DNA of 64,000 nucleotides from Candidatus Levyibacteriota bacterium (GTDB lineage: Bacteria > Patescibacteriota > Microgenomatia > Levybacterales > UBA12049): contig JAJDCH010000002.1 in NCBI GenBank assembly GCA_029260905.1, forward strand, positions 15,546 to 79,545, in the 5' to 3' direction. The position numbers and the translations under genes were made by a program. The notes under the pieces were generated by a model. The model made no database searches, had not been told where the DNA came from, and was given only the letters and a program-made list of their open reading frames with translations. Position 1 is the first letter of the stretch, and each line of letters opens with the position of its first letter. Below are positions 36,232 through 45,229 of the stretch, one piece after another.

Positions 36232-38550
36232 TTATTCCTGAGCGAAAAGTGAGACATTAATGTTGTTTGGAAGTGTTGGAAAAAGAGAGGTTAAAAAAAG
36301 AAGATTAGGAGTGTATTTTATTTCTGCTTTTTCGACTTGTGGAAGAGATGTCAGCATATTTTTTATTTCTTTTGCTGATCTACCTTTTATTTTTTTGACT
36401 ATCTCAGTGGTATCAATTTTGGGAAGAAGGCCTGCGTTAATATCAAGAGCTGCTGCTACTTCACCATCTTCTCCTGCTTCAGGTTCTGTTATTCTTGTTT
36501 CAAATTTATTATCAGCAAAGCTTATATCATCAGAGTATTCTTTTTTGAGAATTGCTTTTGAAAAATCAGTTAGTTCTGATTGGTTGTAAGCTATTTCTTC
36601 AAATACCACAGTTGCTGTTAATTTTACCTTTCCTGTTTCGTCATCTTCTTCTTTGTCAAACTTTTCTTTTTCCAGTGAGGAATTTATTATGACAGGAAGG
36701 ATTTTCTCATCGCCGCCTATTTTTTTGCTCAGCTCTTCAACAGCTTTTTCAGATAGGCTTTTGGGAAGATCAGTTCTTAATTTTTTGATATCATCTGCGC
36801 TAACAACGGTTACAGTTTTTTTGGTACCGTTTGAGAACGCAGATCCGTTTCTGGCTGCAAGATCTGAATTATTCCCAATTGTAAATCTAGTACCTGATGG
36901 AAGATTGCTATCGGTTCCTATTTCCTCTGCTACCACATCAACATCTTTGGTGCCGGGTTTGGTTCCTGAAAAGACATCACCTGTTGCTGCATCAATTTCG
37001 ATATCATTCTGAGTTACAAAAACAAGATCATTACTTGATGTGAGTCTCGTTCCGCTTGATATAGATATATCATCATCAGAATTGTTGTAAACAGTAACTT
37101 TTCCTTTTGCTTTTTCACCAACATCTTTTTTACCTGTTGTGTTTACTTCAAGTTCCCCATCAATTGCAACAGTTACACTTTTTCCAGCAATTATATTTTC
37201 AGAAAAGTTGGTACCTGATGCAGTAGAAAATATAACCTTTTCAGATGTTTCTACAATTTCTGGTTTAACTGATAAAACAACCTCAGCTTTTGTATTGAAG
37301 TAATAAAATAATGTAAATCCAACAAAAACAATAAGAATTCCAATTATTGCTAAGATTGGCATTAGCAAGCCTTTTTTTTCACGTAGGTTTGTAATTTTTT
37401 CAAAAACACCTGATGGTTTTATTGAACCCAAAAATGCGAGTGAATTTTCAACCATATTTTTAAATCCTATCTTTGATTCATCGTTGGTTGGTTCTTCTTC
37501 ATCATCATCATATTCAAAAGAACTCTTATCAGATTCCCTTTTGGGACCATGAAGATTCATAAGGGGCATGGAGTCATCATCTTTTTTTGCAGGAATGATA
37601 TCATCTTCTTTTTTTTCATGTTGTGGGATTACGCCAACTCCATCTTTTGCTACGTCTTTTCCTAGGACAAAGCCAAAATTACCTCCACCTTCTGAGATGT
37701 CATTTGTTTTTAATTCACCATCTGGATTTTTTAATTCATCTTCAGGTTCAATTGATGTTGAAATGTCAGGTATTTTTTCGGAAAGATTTGAAACAGTAAG
37801 CCCCATCTGCTCACTTGCGCCAAAAGTGACAGCTTTTATGTCGAAATCATATGCAAGGGCATTGACTTGAGGAACATGAAGAAAGGGAAGGGATTTACTC
37901 CATTGGTGCTTAGTAAATTCATGGCCGAGGTTTTTGTGTTCCTTGTTACTGTAGAGTATGACTCTTGCTGGGAGTACAGCAGTTGTGAATTCTTTAAGAA
38001 GCGTATCGGTGGTTGTGGCGGCGTTTTCTTCAAGTCCTCCTCGTGCTGTTTCAACTATTTTTCCTCCTCTATAAAGGGTTAATTTGACTTCTCTTTTTCC
38101 GACTTCTGCAAGAACTGCAGATAGAGGGGATCCTTCATCAGCTTGAAGCATGTGGGCTACAGCCTCGCTTATCACAAGAAAACCAACTGGTGTAAGTGAG
38201 AGAGCATCAGAGGCTTTTTTTAGCTTGTGTAGATATTCCTTTTTAATTTTTTTGGATTCATTGTCAATCCAATTATCTTTTACACCAAAAACTGTTTTGT
38301 GGGTTTGGATATCAGGTGGGAGAATCTCTTCAGCTCTACTTATGGTTTTATCGATAGTTTGTACAAGCTCATCTATTGTCAGGTTCTCAAGAGGCGTTAG
38401 GAGTTTTTCTTGATGGCGTGAAACGATTTCCGATTCGTTAAGATTTTTTTTGAGAATTACTGATTCAGCTTTATCGTCTGTGAGAAGAAGAACGAGGTAA
38501 TAATCGTCACTTCCTTTTTTTGATTTTAAAAATGGAATAGGCAGCTTCAT
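36232..38550 (-). CDS. membrane protein: degenerate FtsA/PilM-like N-domain, acidic linker, TM, baseplate-J-like external domain
   Basis: The N-domain pattern (SEAVAHML, VLAEVG..EVKLTLYRGGKI) resembles an actin-fold remnant. Single TM. The C-domain KAKGKVTVYN..ISSGTRL..F..VDVVAEEIG..SNL..FSNG..VS..DI resembles baseplate J/gp47. Confidence 0.65.
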   Translation of the reverse strand: MKLPIPFLKSKKGSDDYYLVLLLTDDKAESVILKKNLNESEIVSRHQEKLLTPLENLTIDELVQTIDKTISRAEEILPPDIQTHKTVFGVKDNWIDNESKKIKKEYLHKLKKASDALSLTPVGFLVISEAVAHMLQADEGSPLSAVLAEVGKREVKLTLYRGGKIVETARGGLEENAATTTDTLLKEFTTAVLPARVILYSNKEHKNLGHEFTKHQWSKSLPFLHVPQVNALAYDFDIKAVTFGASEQMGLTVSNLSEKIPDISTSIEPEDELKNPDGELKTNDISEGGGNFGFVLGKDVAKDGVGVIPQHEKKEDDIIPAKKDDDSMPLMNLHGPKRESDKSSFEYDDDEEEPTNDESKIGFKNMVENSLAFLGSIKPSGVFEKITNLREKKGLLMPILAIIGILIVFVGFTLFYYFNTKAEVVLSVKPEIVETSEKVIFSTASGTNFSENIIAGKSVTVAIDGELEVNTTGKKDVGEKAKGKVTVYNNSDDDISISSGTRLTSSNDLVFVTQNDIEIDAATGDVFSGTKPGTKDVDVVAEEIGTDSNLPSGTRFTIGNNSDLAARNGSAFSNGTKKTVTVVSADDIKKLRTDLPKSLSEKAVEELSKKIGGDEKILPVIINSSLEKEKFDKEEDDETGKVKLTATVVFEEIAYNQSELTDFSKAILKKEYSDDISFADNKFETRITEPEAGEDGEVAAALDINAGLLPKIDTTEIVKKIKGRSAKEIKNMLTSLPQVEKAEIKYTPNLLFLTSLFPTLPNNINVSLFAQE

Positions 38551-38553
38551 AAA

Positions 38554-40401
38554 TTATCCGACTTTGGCATATATTCTCCTGAATCCGCGTCCCAAAGCAT
38601 CCTGCTTTATAATTTTAAATGATTTCACCTCTCCTGTAAATTCTACATGAGGTCCTCCACAGAACTCAATAGAATATGATTTTTCAGGGTTTTTGCTGTC
38701 TCCTCCTATAAAGTAGATTTTGGAGCTCTCGCCATATGTATCCATAAAGAGTCCGATTGCTCCTATCTCGTGTGCCTTGTCTGTAGGGATCATTTCAAAA
38801 TGAACAGGGATATTTTCTTTGATTTTTTTATTTACTACTTTTTCAAGCTTGGCTACTTCCTCATCTGTGAGTTTGCGATCAAAGTTAAAATCAAACCTGA
38901 CCCGTTCTGATGTGATATTGGATCCTGATTGGTGCAAATCTGTTCCAAACATATCCCTGAGGGCTGTATGCATAAGATGTGTGGCAGTATGTCCCATGAC
39001 TGTTTGTTTGGAGTGGTCAGCAAGTCCTCCGCGAAATTTTTTCTCAGCGCCTTTTTTGGAAAGATTTTTGTGTTCTTTCATTTTTTCAGCAAATTTTTGC
39101 TGATCAAATGAGTATCCCAGGTTTTTGATCTGTGTGGGTGATAGACCATGGGTTGTATAGATCACAAATGCATCCTCAGCTGAGATTTCTGTATTGCTCA
39201 TGAGCTCATCGCCTTGGTGTTTGTATTTTTTGATTAAAAAGCTTTTTGCCCTTTTTTGGCTATGTGCATATTTTTCTTGTTCTTCAAGTATGGTTCCTTT
39301 TATTTTTTCAAAATTTTCAACTAGATTAGGATCAGTTTGTTTGAATTGATCAACAATAGATTCGATAATATTATCTAAATTTTTACCACCCAGTTTATTG
39401 AAACTATCAACAGATCTTCTTATCAGTCTCCTGAGTATGTATCCCTGCTCTGTGTTTGAGGGATAGACGTTGGCATCAGCTATGAAGACACTTGAAGATA
39501 GGTGAGCTGAAATCATTCTCATTTCGCGTACGTTTTTCTCGTAACTTTTATTAGTTTGTTTTTCAATAGTTGTGATTGTGGGCGCAAAAAGTGATGTAAG
39601 GAAAACATCGGGTTGGTTTTCAGCTGCCATGAGAAGTCTCTCCACACCTGCTCCGTGATCAATGTTTTGTTGGGGTAGATTGGAAAAAGTTCCATTAGGC
39701 TGTTTCTTGTATTGCATAAATACGGTATTGCTGATTTCAAGATACCTTCCGCAATCGCAGTTAATATGGCACAGTGCGTTTTTATATTGGCTATTTTCAT
39801 GAAGCTTTAAGTCCTTGCCAAAATCATAAAATATTTCACTGCTTGGACCTCCTATTTCTCCTTCAGGCATATTTTCTGGAATTCCGGCTCTGGACCACCA
39901 GTTCTTGTGTGCATCATAATGAAAGATTCTGTTTGTAGGATTAAGCCCCACGTTTTCGAAAATTTCAGTCCAAACAGATAAGGCTTCATTATCTTGGGAA
40001 AATTCATTATGACCCCCAAAGATACTCACATAAAGTTTTTCTTGGTTAATACCCAGATCTTTTGTAATATATTCAAAAATCCAAGGCAACTGCTCTTTTT
40101 TAAAGTAATCTCCCAGTGACCAATTTCCAATCATTCGAAAAAAAGTCAAATGGCGATTGTCCCCAACCTCGTTGATGTCATCAAGCGCGCCTTGTCCGCG
40201 GAAAACATTCTGAACGTTTACAAATCTTTTACCCTCGGGATGTTTTTCTCCAGCAAGATAAGGTATTAGTGGTTGCATGCCTGAATTGGTAAAAAGCGTA
40301 GTTGGGTCGTTTTTGGGCACCAGAGGTGAGTTTGGGATTTTTTTATGATCCCTTTTTTCAAAAAATTTAATATATTTATCAACAATATCAAACGCAGTCA
40401 T
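38554..40401 (-). CDS. alaS: alanine--tRNA ligase (short form, no C-Ala domain)
   Basis: DPTTLFTNSGMQP, HLTFFRMIGNWSLGDYFK, GYILRRLIRR; editing motifs HTATH and EFCGGPH. Confidence 0.96.
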   Translation of the reverse strand: MTAFDIVDKYIKFFEKRDHKKIPNSPLVPKNDPTTLFTNSGMQPLIPYLAGEKHPEGKRFVNVQNVFRGQGALDDINEVGDNRHLTFFRMIGNWSLGDYFKKEQLPWIFEYITKDLGINQEKLYVSIFGGHNEFSQDNEALSVWTEIFENVGLNPTNRIFHYDAHKNWWSRAGIPENMPEGEIGGPSSEIFYDFGKDLKLHENSQYKNALCHINCDCGRYLEISNTVFMQYKKQPNGTFSNLPQQNIDHGAGVERLLMAAENQPDVFLTSLFAPTITTIEKQTNKSYEKNVREMRMISAHLSSSVFIADANVYPSNTEQGYILRRLIRRSVDSFNKLGGKNLDNIIESIVDQFKQTDPNLVENFEKIKGTILEEQEKYAHSQKRAKSFLIKKYKHQGDELMSNTEISAEDAFVIYTTHGLSPTQIKNLGYSFDQQKFAEKMKEHKNLSKKGAEKKFRGGLADHSKQTVMGHTATHLMHTALRDMFGTDLHQSGSNITSERVRFDFNFDRKLTDEEVAKLEKVVNKKIKENIPVHFEMIPTDKAHEIGAIGLFMDTYGESSKIYFIGGDSKNPEKSYSIEFCGGPHVEFTGEVKSFKIIKQDALGRGFRRIYAKVG

Positions 40402-40466
40402 AATAATAATTATAGCACGAATTTATTCAGGCTGGACAAGTTGGTTTTTTGATGTTAACCTGAGAA

Positions 40467-40919
40467 ATGAAGATGAAAAAAATTCTGCTCATTCTTTTTT
40501 CTTTTTTATTTTTCTTCATTACAGCAGGGGAGGCGCGCGCGCAGATTTTTACAACCGAAAAGCTGATAACTGTTGATATCGGAAAGCAGAGGCTTTATGC
40601 ATGGGAAAATGGGCAAGTTCTGATGAATACAGCTGTTTCAACAGGCATGTATTACACGCCAACTGTTAAGGGAAGCTTCAGTATCTACAAAAAAATTCCT
40701 TTGCAGGATATGAGAGGTTATTTTCCACCATACGAACCATACTATATAAAGAATGTTCCAAGCGTAATGTATTTTTATGGAGCTTATGCAATTCATGGAA
40801 CACACTGGCATAGTAAATTTGGTTGGAGAGCATCCCACGGCTGTGTCAACGTACCGGTCACACAGGCTCAATGGCTCTATTCATGGGCTGATCAGGGAAC
40901 AAGAGTTGAGATTTTTTGA
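40467..40919 (+). CDS. L,D-transpeptidase (YkuD family)
   Basis: Signal peptide, VDIGKQRLY, VSTG..TP.G.F, YAIHG, SHGCVN. Confidence 0.9.
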   Translation: MKMKKILLILFSFLFFFITAGEARAQIFTTEKLITVDIGKQRLYAWENGQVLMNTAVSTGMYYTPTVKGSFSIYKKIPLQDMRGYFPPYEPYYIKNVPSVMYFYGAYAIHGTHWHSKFGWRASHGCVNVPVTQAQWLYSWADQGTRVEIF

Positions 40920-40922
40920 AGT

Positions 40923-41631
40923 TTAGAGATCGTTTGGGTTTGATGGTGGGGTTAGATCAGGCTTTGGCTCTTTAAAGAGGCTACCGAATTCAGCTAGAAA
41001 ACTTTTTATTGTTGATCTGCGGGCAAGATCTCGCTCGGCCTTGGTTTTAACAGCAATCTCTTTGGCTTTTTTGAAATATTCCCCAAAGACAGGGATTTTG
41101 TCAGGATGGTTGTTTGTGTTTGTTATTTCTGCGCCAAAAACGAAAGGGCAAGTCAATAAGTAATTTGCTGCTTGATCGGCAGTTCTCCACATGCGGGAAG
41201 GACGTTTATCCAGGCTTTCTAAAGGAGTGTCATTAGGATTAAAATTTTTCCCATACTCATCAGGTTCTGATGTCAGTCTCTGATCGGCTGTTGTCATCAT
41301 TTGTCCATTTTTAAAAAACAAAAGATGTTCTGAGCCCTTTTCATCTAGGGGAAGAATATAGCCAATAAGATTTTCGCTTTTTAGTTCTCCTATATTCTGA
41401 ATTTCAAGTCCCTCAGTAGTCTGCGCTACTCTAGTTGATGGGGGGGGTTGTAGTAACCACAATGCCTCTGCCGAGGCCTTCGCGATCAAGTTTGTCGATC
41501 ATCTCGGAAAATCGTGCCAAGGCTTCTGTTTCAGACTCTCCATTTTTTGCCAAATCAGGATGAGCTGAAATATCTGGATAGCCTGGTTTAGCACCATCTG
41601 CTTTGCCTGATTGTCCCTCATCTTCTGTCAT
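40923..41631 (-). pseudogene. hypothetical gene split by a frameshift at a C8 tract
   Basis: The ORF starting MTEDEGQ (ATG 41631) and ORF 40923..41489 overlap across G8 at 41440-41447. Removing one base fuses them into ~235 aa. Confidence 0.6.
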
Positions 41632-41660
41632 AATAAAATCATAGCAAATTTTTTTTAGTC

Positions 41661-41814
41661 TTGACAACTAGTTTGTGCATATGATATAAACATATCAATT
41701 CTCCGGAATCGAAGGTACAAGGGCGAGAGCCCAGGTATCTCCTTTTTGCATGATTGAGCTTCTTTTGCCGCCATGTAAGTTGATTGGAGTCTGCCTTTAA
41801 TTTAAAATCTCAAG
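41661..41814 (+). promoter_or_regulatory. rpoB promoter and structured 5' leader
   Basis: TTGACA (41661), 18 nt, TGa-TATAAA. The leader has a GGGC-GAGA-GCCC hairpin inside AGGTAC/GTATCT, followed by a T5 run. Confidence 0.5.
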
Positions 41815-44800
41815 ATGCCAAAAAGTTCCATTGACTCGAATAAAAAAGAAGTTCTAAGACACAACTGGGGTAGGGAATATAAAAACGTTCCAACTCTTGA
41901 CCTTCTTGCAGTACAAAAAAATTCATATAAAAAATTTCAGGAAAAAGGAATAGAAGAAATTATTCAGGAGGTATCCCCGGTTGATGATTTTACGGGAAAG
42001 AATTGGAATCTGGTTTTTCATGATCACAAGATCGGTAAGCCTTCAATTGATCCAGAAACAGCACTTATTAAGGGGCTTACCTACAACTCTCCTCTCACAA
42101 TAAAAGTTACACTTACCAACAAGAAAACAAACGAAACACATAAGGCAGAGGTTTTTCTTGGAGATATTCCACAGATGACTGAGCGAGCAACATTTATCAT
42201 AAATGGTATAGAGCGCGCAGTTGTGAATCAGCTTGTTCGTTCGCCTGGTGTGTTCTTTACAAGTACGCAAGATCCCATTACTGGAAAGATGCTTTACTCA
42301 GCTGAGATAAGGCCAGTTCATGGATCATGGCTTGAATTCTCTACAACACGTTATGGAACAATTACAGTAAAGATTGATAGACGCAGGAAATTTCTTGCAA
42401 CGACATTTCTTCGAGCTCTTGGAATATCTGATAACGAAGCAATAAAAGAGAAATTTAAAGACCAAGAAAAAAGAGAAGGAGCATCTCTTATAGATAATAC
42501 TCTCCAAAAAGACGATACAGTTGATGAGACAGACGCATTGGTTCAGATATTTAAGAAAATGCATCCAGGAGAACCTGTTGTTCTTGATAAGGTTAGAGAA
42601 TATTTTACCAACTTGTTCTTCAATAATAGGAGATATGATTTGGGTGATGTCGGACGCTACAAGACAAATAAGAGGCTGTCTGTAGTTCCAGGATTTACTC
42701 CTTCAAAAGAAAGAGTACTAGCCATTGAAGATATTATTGCAGCTCTTTCATATCTGATGGTTCTAGAAACAGGAGATGGTTATGTGGATGATATAGACAG
42801 TCTTGCAAACAGACGTGTCAGAAGTGTTGGAGAGCTTGTTGCGATAAATGCTTTCAGGGTTGGAATGCTTAGAGTTGAGAGAAGCATTAAAGAAAGAATG
42901 GGGCTGCTTCAAGCTGATGTGCCAGTTGTTGTTGCAAATCTTATCAACGCAAGGCCAATTATGGCGGCAATTAATGAATTCTTCCGTACCTCTCAACTCT
43001 CAACTATCCTTGATCAAACAAATCCACTCTCAGAAATTGACAACCTTAACAGGCTTACAGTTATGGGAACAGGTGGTATTTCAAGAGAAAGAGCAGCTTT
43101 CTCAATTCGTGATATTAATAGTTCTCAGTATAGTAGAATTGATCCGATTAGATCACCTGAGGGACCAAATATCGGACTTGTTACTTATATGTCTCTTTAT
43201 GCAAGGGTTAATGATTTTGGATTTTTGGAAGCACCATATATAAAACTTGCCAAAGTAAAAAAGAATGGAAAAGAAGTAATGAAGATGACTGATGAAGTTG
43301 TATATCTTGATGCAGAAGATGAGAGAGGTAAGTATATTACTCATGCAGTTTTAGATTTTTCACCAAGCGGTGAGGTACTAAACGAGAGAGTTCCTGCTCG
43401 ATATAAAGGCGAGTTTAAAGAGGTCGAAAGTACAGTTATTGAATATATAGATGTTATTCCAAGACAAGTTATTGGAACATCAGCAAGCTTGATTCCTTTT
43501 ATTGCACATGATGAAGCAAACAGAGCCTTGATGGGAACGCACATGCAGTGTCAGGCAGTGCCGCTTATTAATCCACAAAGCCCGACTGTTGGAACAGGAA
43601 TGGAATCAGACATCTCAGCAGTTATGGGGCGTGTAGTAAGGGCGCCTTTTGAAGGAAAAGTCGAATATGTTGATTCAGATAAATTAGTTCTTAAGAGTAA
43701 TAAGGGAGAGAAAGAAGCATTTTCAATCAAAACTTTTGAGAGAACATCACAAGCAACAGCATACACTCAGCGCCCAATGGTGGTTGAGGGACAAAGGGTT
43801 GAAAAGGGTGATGTTATAATAGATGGACCCTCAAGTGAAAAAGGAGAACTTGCGTTGGGACAAAACCTTCTTATTGCATATTGTTCTCTTGATGGACTTG
43901 GATACGAAGACGCTATTGTTATCTCAGACCGAATGGTAAAAGACAATGCGTTATCCAGTATTCATATTGAAAAGTATGAAGCAGCTGTGGTTGAAACTAA
44001 GCTTGGACCTGAAGAAACAACAAGAGATATTCCAAATGTTTCAGAAGAAGATTTGGCAAACCTTGATGAAGACGGAGTAGTTGTTGTGGGATCAGACGTC
44101 GGGCCTGGTGATATACTTGTTGGAAAGATTGCGCCAAAAGGCGAGACTGAATTAACCGCTGAAGAGAGACTTCTGCGTGCGATATTTGGTGAGCAGGCGA
44201 GAGAAGTTCGTGATACCAGTCTTAGAACACCTCATGGTGAGCGTGGAACAGTTATAAATGTTCAGGTCTTAGACAGGAAAAATGGTGATGAGCTAGAGCC
44301 TGGTACAATGAGAAAGATTATCGTAGAGGTTGCTCAATTTCGTCACGTTTCAGTTGGAGATAAGTTGGCAGGAAGACACGGAAACAAGGGAATTATTTCA
44401 AGAATTCTTCCAATTGCTGATATGCCACATCTTGAAGATGGAACACCAGTTGATATAATTATATCTCCTGTTTCGATCCTTGCCCGTATGAATCTTGGAC
44501 AGATTCTTGAGGCGCATCTTGGGTTTGCGGCACAGAAACTTGGAATGAAGATTGGTGTTCCTGCTTTTGAAAAGATTGAAGAGGTTAGAATGACTGATCT
44601 TCTCAAGAAAGCTGGCCTGCCAGTAAGCGGTAAAGTTAAGCTGATTGATGGAAAGACAGGAAAACCATATGAGAATCCAGTTGTTGTTGGAATCGAGTAT
44701 ATAATGAAGCTTATCCACATGGTTGAGGATAAAACCCATGCAAGATCAACCGGTCCTTATTCGCTTGTTACTCAACAGCCACTTGGTGGAAAGGCTCAAA

Positions 44801-45222
44801 TGGGTGGACAGAGGCTTGGAGAGATGGAGGTTTGGGCGCTTGAAGCACATCGTGCAAGATATATCCTTCAGGAGATGCTTACTATTAAATCAGATGATGT
44901 GGTTGGGCGTGCAAAAGCATTTGAAGCGATTGTAAAAGGAACGGATATCCCAACACCAAAAGTTCCTGAATCGTTCAAGGTTCTTATTAAAGAACTTCAG
45001 TCATTAGGGCTCAATGTTGTTCCCCAAGGAGCAGTAGTTGAAGTTGAGGAAGTGGAGAAAAAAGAAGAAAAGACAGAAGAGATAAAAGATGTAGTTGAGG
45101 AATTTAAAAAAGCCCTTGACACAGAAGGGGAGGTAAAGGATGATGATTTATCAGAAGAAAAGAAGGAGTCAGCTAAAGAAAGCGTTGAAGAGAAAGTAGA
45201 AGAAGAGGAAGAAGAGGAATAA
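41815..45222 (+). CDS. rpoB: RNA polymerase beta subunit
   Basis: FIING.ERAVVNQL.RSPG, PEGPNIGL, GDKLAGRHGNKG, GGQRLGEMEVWAL. Confidence 0.99.
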   Translation: MPKSSIDSNKKEVLRHNWGREYKNVPTLDLLAVQKNSYKKFQEKGIEEIIQEVSPVDDFTGKNWNLVFHDHKIGKPSIDPETALIKGLTYNSPLTIKVTLTNKKTNETHKAEVFLGDIPQMTERATFIINGIERAVVNQLVRSPGVFFTSTQDPITGKMLYSAEIRPVHGSWLEFSTTRYGTITVKIDRRRKFLATTFLRALGISDNEAIKEKFKDQEKREGASLIDNTLQKDDTVDETDALVQIFKKMHPGEPVVLDKVREYFTNLFFNNRRYDLGDVGRYKTNKRLSVVPGFTPSKERVLAIEDIIAALSYLMVLETGDGYVDDIDSLANRRVRSVGELVAINAFRVGMLRVERSIKERMGLLQADVPVVVANLINARPIMAAINEFFRTSQLSTILDQTNPLSEIDNLNRLTVMGTGGISRERAAFSIRDINSSQYSRIDPIRSPEGPNIGLVTYMSLYARVNDFGFLEAPYIKLAKVKKNGKEVMKMTDEVVYLDAEDERGKYITHAVLDFSPSGEVLNERVPARYKGEFKEVESTVIEYIDVIPRQVIGTSASLIPFIAHDEANRALMGTHMQCQAVPLINPQSPTVGTGMESDISAVMGRVVRAPFEGKVEYVDSDKLVLKSNKGEKEAFSIKTFERTSQATAYTQRPMVVEGQRVEKGDVIIDGPSSEKGELALGQNLLIAYCSLDGLGYEDAIVISDRMVKDNALSSIHIEKYEAAVVETKLGPEETTRDIPNVSEEDLANLDEDGVVVVGSDVGPGDILVGKIAPKGETELTAEERLLRAIFGEQAREVRDTSLRTPHGERGTVINVQVLDRKNGDELEPGTMRKIIVEVAQFRHVSVGDKLAGRHGNKGIISRILPIADMPHLEDGTPVDIIISPVSILARMNLGQILEAHLGFAAQKLGMKIGVPAFEKIEEVRMTDLLKKAGLPVSGKVKLIDGKTGKPYENPVVVGIEYIMKLIHMVEDKTHARSTGPYSLVTQQPLGGKAQMGGQRLGEMEVWALEAHRARYILQEMLTIKSDDVVGRAKAFEAIVKGTDIPTPKVPESFKVLIKELQSLGLNVVPQGAVVEVEEVEKKEEKTEEIKDVVEEFKKALDTEGEVKDDDLSEEKKESAKESVEEKVEEEEEEE

Positions 45223-45229
45223 TTTAATT

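Noticed and set aside
36232-38550. Prophage or T6SS suggested by the baseplate-J-like domain and ClpV-like ATPase
   Set aside because: No capsid, terminase, sheath, tube, VgrG or integrase genes; the gene is embedded in a housekeeping operon.
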